IMG/VR virus record: IMGVR_UViG_3300035696_000013
Location: 1-64,000 of that record
Reading direction: 5' to 3' (one strand)
Length of the DNA stretch: 64,000 bases
Origin: a virus
Shown here: in pieces, positions 57,715-64,000 of the stretch
How positions within the stretch are numbered: position 1 is the first letter of the stretch
Layout: each line of letters begins with the position of its first letter
Translations under genes and position numbers: made by a program
Notes under the pieces: model-generated
Databases searched by the model: none
Seen by the model: the letters and a program-made list of their open reading frames with translations, nothing else
Told to the model about the DNA's origin: nothing

Positions 57715-60329
57715 TGGCTACACAAGTCTGTATATTTAACCAAACTTCAAAGTTGATCGACATAATTCCAGGAGCAAGTTCAGCGCCTGGTACACCGGGA
57801 GCACCTGTTGTCCTAAATGGATCAGGCATCTTGGATCCATCATTTTTAGGTACAGGCAACACAGTAAAGATTGGAGGTTCCTCACCTTTAATTGCAGGTG
57901 AATTGGTGAATCTCTATGAAACTTCTGGAACACTATATGCTCAACCTGCTTATGCAGCTACTGGTGCGGGTCAATTCTTAGCTCAGGGTTTTGTCACTGA
58001 GGCGGGTAGTGTGGGTGCCACAGTGCCCTTGTATTACACTGGAGTCAGCAATTACATAGATACATTAAGTGAATTCTCTTCAGGAGATGTTGGAGCAGTA
58101 GTTTATCTCTCGTCTGTACTTCCTGGAGCAATCACTAAAACACCTCCTTTTAGTGTTGCTACGATTACTGAAATTGCTTGGGCTTCGAATGTCATTACAG
58201 TCACAGCAAACAATAGCCTCGGCGTGGGAACGTATGTTCATTTTACTGGTCTTTCTTTAACAGCGGCTGCAGCAGTTTTGAATGGAAATTATTATCCTGT
58301 GGCTTCTTCAACTTCTACAACTTTTACAATCCACACCGCAATTTCAGGAATTCAAACAACAACGCCAGAAACAGGATCAGCTTCCCAGCCCGTAGTTTTG
58401 GATCAAGCGGTTGGTTATGTAGTGGCTGTTGTAGGTTCAACAGTAACCGTTCTATTCAATTTTGCCTTCCCTTCTCACTCGATAATGATTTCTGACTTAT
58501 TTGGTGGAATAAACGCTTCGTCTTCAACAGTATTGTTCGGAGATGGAACTTGGCGTCCTCCTGTCAATTCCTATCTTATAGACGTGAAGAATTTTGGTGC
58601 CAAAGGAAGCGGTAAGTTTGCGCAAAATGGACATATTTTTGGCACTCTGAATGCATTAACACTTGCTACCCCTTCATTGAATGTTTTTTCCGCAAACGAC
58701 GTTGGAGCTACTATTCTTGTTCGTGGAGCGGGAACAGCAGGAGCAGATCTTTGGACAACAATCTCTGCTTACTCAAATCCTCATGCAGTTACCTTGACTG
58801 ACCCGGCAGGTACAGATGCTTTTATTGCTGATATTTATTGGGGAATGGTTGATGATACAGCTGCTATTACAGCTGCTATAAATTCTATCTCATCGAACAG
58901 CGCAGCAACTCTCTATGCTCCCGCTGGTGTTTATATGTATTCGGCATTGTTGCCAAATAACTATAATCTAGCGGGAATTACTGGGGACGGTCCGTATGCT
59001 ACCGTTTTTCTAGCTGCAAATTCTACTCCTGCAGGATTTATCGATTGTTCTCCTCTTTCTCCTTTTACTTTGAGTGATTGCCAAGTTTCGGGGCCAGGAG
59101 ATACAGCTTCGATTTCATATACAGCAGAAATTTCATTACATGGAAGTGGTGTGATTGAAAATTTCCAACTCACACATACTCCAGCTGAATTTTCTACAGA
59201 CAACTATGTAACGGCTCTTTCGGAAACGCTGTCTTCTGTTGTGTGGACTATCGACCAAGCAATTTTTCCGTCTTTTAATACTTACAGTCCTACTTCAACT
59301 ATAAATCTTCGTTATTTTGTTACTAATTCTGTGGCAACTTTAGGCTGGAGTATCAGTGATGCACTAGAGGCAGAATTCACTAACTGTATTGCTGGCCTTC
59401 CAGGGACAACTATCCCAAGAGGTTTTATTATAGCAGCTTCAAAATTGGCGACAGTGCGAAATTGTAGTATTGCGGCGTCTAGTATTACAGGAAGCGGAAG
59501 TTTTATTTTTGATACTCCCACTTCTTTAACCTTAGAGGGTTGCGAGAGTTTAGCTACTCTTCCTTCTTTTGGATATGCTTTTTACATTAGTGGTTGGAAT
59601 ATGCATCTTCGCAACTTGCATGCTACAAATTGCGACATTGGACTATTTATAGCCTCCACAACAAACTTGACAGTAAAGGGAAATATTCTAGTTGAAAACT
59701 GCCGTATGGAGCCTACAGCAACTTCTCATTCTGTAGGTTACGATCTTCAGAATACTCCGCAAGATCCTCCGTCAGGTATGACTTTTATCAATTGTTCAAC
59801 CTCTGGAATGGGAGATCCTGGTGGTATTCCATTTTCAGTAGGTCAGAATGGGCCGTTTACTTTAATTGGATGCTTTGCAGAAACAGGAAGCCAAACGAAT
59901 GATGTTGTTACTGGAAATGCTCCTACCATCATAGCTATTGATTGCAGTTTTCCAGCAAATTATAACATTGTCGGAACAGTTGTTCCTAATGTTCAAGGAG
60001 TGCAGGTTGTTGGGCCGTTTGCAACAACAGTTCTTTCTTCCTTAGCTACAACATCAACATCAGGTTTCGCAACTGCCATCAAGGAAGTATCTTCGGATTA
60101 TCCCGTCACGATTCTGGATGGCACAATTGAGTGCAATGGTACATTGACAGTTACGTTGCCTACAACAGGACTTATGCTTGGTCAGACTTTTAGAATTAAG
60201 AATATTGGTTCGGGTACAGTTACAGTGACTTCAGCTGTAAATATCGATGATGCACTAACCCAATATCTTACTGTTCATAATGACAGTTTTGATGTTCAAT
60301 GGAATGGCACTCAATACATCATTTTGTAA
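57714..60329 (+). CDS. Tailspike/fibre with pectate-lyase-like beta-helix
   Basis: 'IDVKNFGAKG', 'DDTAAITAAI...LYAPAGVY...ITGDG', followed by beta-helix repeats. Confidence 0.75.
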   Translation: MATQVCIFNQTSKLIDIIPGASSAPGTPGAPVVLNGSGILDPSFLGTGNTVKIGGSSPLIAGELVNLYETSGTLYAQPAYAATGAGQFLAQGFVTEAGSVGATVPLYYTGVSNYIDTLSEFSSGDVGAVVYLSSVLPGAITKTPPFSVATITEIAWASNVITVTANNSLGVGTYVHFTGLSLTAAAAVLNGNYYPVASSTSTTFTIHTAISGIQTTTPETGSASQPVVLDQAVGYVVAVVGSTVTVLFNFAFPSHSIMISDLFGGINASSSTVLFGDGTWRPPVNSYLIDVKNFGAKGSGKFAQNGHIFGTLNALTLATPSLNVFSANDVGATILVRGAGTAGADLWTTISAYSNPHAVTLTDPAGTDAFIADIYWGMVDDTAAITAAINSISSNSAATLYAPAGVYMYSALLPNNYNLAGITGDGPYATVFLAANSTPAGFIDCSPLSPFTLSDCQVSGPGDTASISYTAEISLHGSGVIENFQLTHTPAEFSTDNYVTALSETLSSVVWTIDQAIFPSFNTYSPTSTINLRYFVTNSVATLGWSISDALEAEFTNCIAGLPGTTIPRGFIIAASKLATVRNCSIAASSITGSGSFIFDTPTSLTLEGCESLATLPSFGYAFYISGWNMHLRNLHATNCDIGLFIASTTNLTVKGNILVENCRMEPTATSHSVGYDLQNTPQDPPSGMTFINCSTSGMGDPGGIPFSVGQNGPFTLIGCFAETGSQTNDVVTGNAPTIIAIDCSFPANYNIVGTVVPNVQGVQVVGPFATTVLSSLATTSTSGFATAIKEVSSDYPVTILDGTIECNGTLTVTLPTTGLMLGQTFRIKNIGSGTVTVTSAVNIDDALTQYLTVHNDSFDVQWNGTQYIIL

Positions 60330-60341
60330 CATAGGAGTAAG

Positions 60342-62498
60342 TTGATGTCTTTTAAACCTACAGGCTTTACCGATTATGTGAATGCACAAAGCTACGGATT
60401 AACTCCCGTTGCGATGATTGCTACTCCTCCTAATAACTACATTGCATTTCCTATTGGTTCAACTACGATAACAGCAATGCCAGATGTTTTTTCAGCTATA
60501 GATGTGGGAAGAGCTTTGGTAGCATTTTCGGCAAATACTAATTTTGGTGATCTCTGGACTACTATTGCTTCTTACAATCCTCAATCTACAGGCACTGTTA
60601 CGAGTGTTGCCGTCAACGGTTCAAATCAAGTTACAATTCTTGTTTCCAATTCATTTGTGGTAGGTCAACAGGTAACATTTGCTGTAACAACAGCTACTTT
60701 TTTGAACACAGTACAACTTTCTATTGTTTCTCGTACAGGTTCACAAATTGTTTGCGCTGCAACGGCGGGTGATGGATCAACAAATCCTCCTTTTACAAAT
60801 TCTCCCTATGGTCCTACGGCGGATACCGGAACTGTAACTGGCTTGGCGTATATCGCAGTGGCCAATGCTGCCGTAGCCGATATGAATGACAGCGTTTCTG
60901 GCAAAGCATTTGTGGCTTGGGGTCCTAATGCGAACACCGGAGGTCATCCTTCTTTTACCGATTGTATCCCTGCAATGACTGCTGCTATAACGGCAGCTGC
61001 GGATGCAGGAGTGTCACTTTATATCCCTTCTGGCACATACGCATACAATAATGTTCTAACACTTGACAATGGTGCCCTTGATCCTTTGGATACGATACCT
61101 GCTTTGATTGGTGCTGGTTCAGGCGTTGTGACATTTATTGCCAATAATCCAGCTTCAGCTGCTCCTCAGGGATTTTTGAACGTCGACTATCCGGGCAGAA
61201 ATTTGAGTGTTTCTGGTCTTGCTGTTTATGGCAATGCTTTGCCTGTTGGTACTGCTCCAACTTCTTCCCCTTATGCAGAAGTTACTATCTGGACTTTGCG
61301 TGGAACTGTTGATGATATTCTTATTGGGGATACTCCATTTCAATATGGTCTACATGTTCGCGCTTCACAGGGATCTTGTAGAAACATTTACGATTATGCA
61401 GTGAGTTATTATGAATTAGATGGAGCTTTTGTCGATAATTGTACTGCAACTGCAATGGAATTTTCGCTTACTGTTCCAGCAGGATTTACAGGTCAAGGTG
61501 AAGGCGGTATTGTGCGTCAAGGTGTATGCAACGCTTTTAGCGCGGCGCACGCAAATGGCGTTCTTAGTTGCTTCAACTTTGAAGGCAATCCCAGTGTCAA
61601 CAATTCAGTAATGTTTGAAAATTGTTTAGCTTCAGGTGGTTCGACAAATCTTCTCATTCCTGTAGGATTTTCAATTGAAAATAGTGTTCTTGTTGATTGC
61701 ACAGCTGAAGATTTGCAAACTGGATTCCTCTTGAGTGGAGGAATTGGTTCGGGTAACGCAGCTTTGTACGGTTGTGTAGCAAACAACACTAGTTCAGGCT
61801 GCACACTGGCTTGTTTTGTGGCTAGCGGAGGAGATGTTCCTTGGTTGCATGGTGTCCAATATTTTGTGGGACAAACTACAATAGATCCTGCGGGACACAC
61901 ACAAAAGGTAACGGTTGCGGGAGTTTCCGGAGGTTCTTTGCCAGCTTGGAATGACGCTGGTGGAAACACAACTGATGGTGGTGTAACCTGGCATGATGAA
62001 GGAACACTTATCTCTCATATGGCAACGGGCGTGAAATTCAGTGGTTGCATTGTGAATGGCACTGCTCCAGGTTATATCTTGTGGAACACTGGATTTAACA
62101 TAGATATTGACATCCTCAGTCCTGCAGTTGCAACTGTTCCAATGTATTCTTCTCATGCGCCTATTATTTTGTCTGGTTTGAATTCAACCCAATCCAACTT
62201 AGTTGTGTATAGTATTGGTTTTGCTGGGGAAGAATATATGCTTCCCATAAAGTACTATCTTGAAACCACACAAGCAGGTACGGGCGGTACTGTAACACTT
62301 TCTTTCAATTGGAAAGATCCTGCAGGTCATGCCCAATCTTATTCAGTCCCAACTACACTTAGTTTGACTTCAACAACAGGTTTTGTTAGCGGAACACTGC
62401 CGATCTTCGCTGGTGGTGCTACGGATGTAACTGCTACAATGACTGTTGCTGGGGCAACGGGTACGCCACTTTATGGTGCGTATGTTGGAGTAAAATAG
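60342..62498 (+). CDS. Second tailspike/depolymerase with beta-helix
   Basis: 'VNAQSYG', 'DCIPAMTAAITAA...LYIPSGTY...LIGAG'; AGGAG SD upstream. Confidence 0.7.
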   Translation: MMSFKPTGFTDYVNAQSYGLTPVAMIATPPNNYIAFPIGSTTITAMPDVFSAIDVGRALVAFSANTNFGDLWTTIASYNPQSTGTVTSVAVNGSNQVTILVSNSFVVGQQVTFAVTTATFLNTVQLSIVSRTGSQIVCAATAGDGSTNPPFTNSPYGPTADTGTVTGLAYIAVANAAVADMNDSVSGKAFVAWGPNANTGGHPSFTDCIPAMTAAITAAADAGVSLYIPSGTYAYNNVLTLDNGALDPLDTIPALIGAGSGVVTFIANNPASAAPQGFLNVDYPGRNLSVSGLAVYGNALPVGTAPTSSPYAEVTIWTLRGTVDDILIGDTPFQYGLHVRASQGSCRNIYDYAVSYYELDGAFVDNCTATAMEFSLTVPAGFTGQGEGGIVRQGVCNAFSAAHANGVLSCFNFEGNPSVNNSVMFENCLASGGSTNLLIPVGFSIENSVLVDCTAEDLQTGFLLSGGIGSGNAALYGCVANNTSSGCTLACFVASGGDVPWLHGVQYFVGQTTIDPAGHTQKVTVAGVSGGSLPAWNDAGGNTTDGGVTWHDEGTLISHMATGVKFSGCIVNGTAPGYILWNTGFNIDIDILSPAVATVPMYSSHAPIILSGLNSTQSNLVVYSIGFAGEEYMLPIKYYLETTQAGTGGTVTLSFNWKDPAGHAQSYSVPTTLSLTSTTGFVSGTLPIFAGGATDVTATMTVAGATGTPLYGAYVGVK

Positions 62499-62531
62499 AT
62501 AGTGTAGTATTACTAGAGTAGAGAATCCATA

Positions 62532-62684
62532 GTGATTGATTCAAAAATGGAACCGATTGATGATGTCTGCGTCGCTTGCGACGGAGAAGGTGAGATCGAC
62601 GGTCATCTCTGTAAGTCCTGCAACGGTAAAGGCTACATCAGTAATGAAGATCGAAATCGAGAATCTGGGGATCCCGCAACGTGA
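62532..62684 (+). CDS. Small DnaJ-type zinc-finger protein
   Basis: Hand-translated ...MEPIDDVCVACDGEGEIDGHLCKSCNGKGYIS... with two CxxCxGxG motifs; not in the ORF track. Confidence 0.65.
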   Translation: MIDSKMEPIDDVCVACDGEGEIDGHLCKSCNGKGYISNEDRNRESGDPAT

Positions 62685-62706
62685 TTTTCATTTAGTTAGA
62701 GAGGCT

Positions 62707-63309
62707 TTGATAGCCCAGAATAAGAAATTTGATGCAATTACTCTTCCTCAAATTCCCTACAATCAACTCATTCTCTGCTGTACAGGTGTTGCTGGTTCTA
62801 CTGCTTGCCCTCCTCAATTGATTCGAAAAGAAAAACAACATCGTCGCGAACGATTTTTAGATCTAGAAGAACAGGAATTTCAAGAGTGCATTAACTTTCT
62901 TCAAATCGAACGAATGTACGAGGATGTACAGTTCGCTCTTGCTCAACGTGCCGCTCCCGCTTGGAATAGTTTAGCTTCTCGCCAAAAAGTTTGGTTCAAA
63001 CTAAATTGTCTCTTTAATCATATTGATGCTCCGCAACGACGAATAGGAGAAACAATTTTACTTTTACGAACTTGTGCAGAGGAACCAAATTCTGGACTTC
63101 CTCGTGAGGTTTGTGAACATTACATTGACAAATTGCAGACGTTATTCAGCAGTTGTATGGAGATTTCACAAGTTGAATTCCGGCAGAAGATCTGGGATAT
63201 TGCTGAGATTATATTGGATTTTCTGCCTGATTCAGAACGCAGTATTTGTACAAGAGAAGAGTTACAAGATTACAGCTGCACAAGTGATTGTTTTCGTGTT
63301 CTTTCGTAG
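62707..63309 (+). CDS. Hypothetical protein
   Basis: 3' part of ORF 62536..63309; the start is uncertain and placed after the zinc-finger gene. Confidence 0.5.
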   Translation: MIAQNKKFDAITLPQIPYNQLILCCTGVAGSTACPPQLIRKEKQHRRERFLDLEEQEFQECINFLQIERMYEDVQFALAQRAAPAWNSLASRQKVWFKLNCLFNHIDAPQRRIGETILLLRTCAEEPNSGLPREVCEHYIDKLQTLFSSCMEISQVEFRQKIWDIAEIILDFLPDSERSICTREELQDYSCTSDCFRVLS

Positions 63310-63352
63310 CTGAATTGTAGCAGATTCAAGTAGAATATAACTGGAGAGAAGA

Positions 63353-64000
63353 ATGGACTCTGCTACCGACACGCCGCTGGTACAAATTGAGCAACCAAAA
63401 CTGAATCTGCAAAATAATCCTTCCACTCAGATCCGAGATCATTTTCCGTTTCCAACAATGCGTGCTGCTCAAGATAAGGCGTTAACTGCAGTTGAGAACG
63501 CCTATCAAAATAACAAAAAATTCATCATCATCGAAGCACCAACAGGCATTGGTAAAAGTGGCATTGCTATAGCAGCTGCTAGCCACGCGCAAACAGTTAT
63601 TCCTAATGGTGGACGACGGCCAGGAGGCTATATTCTGTCTCCTCAGAAGACCTTGACGGCTCAGTATATGAATGACTTCTCTAACTTAGGTTTGTTGGAG
63701 ATGAAAGGCAAGGCTAATTACTGGTGCGCGGAGCATAATGTTGATTGCGACACAGGAGCATTGATCAATAATTCAGAACATCAGGGTGATGATCGTGAAG
63801 TTTGCCCGTTTTGCCCCTACAAAATAGCCAAAAAGGCTACGATTGAATCCATGGTTTCGACCATGAACTTTGCTTATTTCCTAAACGAAACACAGTATGC
63901 GGGGCAGTTGGGCGAACGCAACATGCTGGTTCTGGATGAAGGTCATAATACGGAGTCACAAGTTCTAGGTTTCACTGATACGGAAATTACTCGCAAGCGT
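63353..64000 (+). CDS. DinG/XPD-like SF2 helicase (runs off window end)
   Basis: Hand-translated 'FPFPTMRAAQ' Q motif, 'IEAPTGIGKS', 'MKGKANYWC', Cys cluster and 'VLDEGHN'; GGAG SD upstream. Confidence 0.8.
   Translation, partial: MDSATDTPLVQIEQPKLNLQNNPSTQIRDHFPFPTMRAAQDKALTAVENAYQNNKKFIIIEAPTGIGKSGIAIAAASHAQTVIPNGGRRPGGYILSPQKTLTAQYMNDFSNLGLLEMKGKANYWCAEHNVDCDTGALINNSEHQGDDREVCPFCPYKIAKKATIESMVSTMNFAYFLNETQYAGQLGERNMLVLDEGHNTESQVLGFTDTEITRKR

Noticed and set aside
62536-62706. N-terminal extension of the 257-aa ORF
   Set aside because: Another frame encodes a clear double CxxCxGxG zinc finger here, so the long ORF probably starts later.
1-64000. Stop-codon reassignment (alternative genetic code)
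   Set aside because: Genes are long and tightly packed in code 11, TAG/TGA/TAA all end genes, and no suppressor tRNA was found.

Overview
This window is part of a large (probably jumbo-class) myovirus genome read in the standard genetic code. Bases 1-38.9 kb are a minus-strand tail/baseplate operon: baseplate J-like and gp25-like proteins, Ig-repeat and beta-helix adhesins, a Hint-domain virion protein, spike, hub, tape measure and chaperones, with an embedded glycosyltransferase and lysis genes. 39.2-44.2 kb is a thymidine-hypermodification cluster (P-loop kinase, amino acid:DNA transferase, PLP enzyme) with a frameshifted adenine methylase. 44.2-49.6 kb holds replication and nucleotide genes (DnaB-like helicase, iteron-bearing initiator, class II RNR). 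51.8-56.0 kb is a dense non-coding RNA island, and 57.7-62.5 kb carries two tailspikes. The most striking feature is the RNA island. It has 14 tRNAs, of which 13 read GNN codons (Val, Ala, Asp, Glu, Gly) and one is Cys. They lie downstream of an unannotated 34-codon leader ORF in which 21 codons are GNN, overlapping a mutually exclusive antiterminator/terminator pair. This looks like a ribosome-stalling attenuator that would switch on phage tRNA supply when host tRNAs fail. The island also encodes an RNase P RNA, a YrlA-type Y RNA, a miniature tmRNA-like RNA, several anticodon-less tRNA mimics (three with the G3-U70 alanine identity pair) and a series of unknown structured RNAs. All calls come from reading motifs and base-pairing by eye; no database searches were run.
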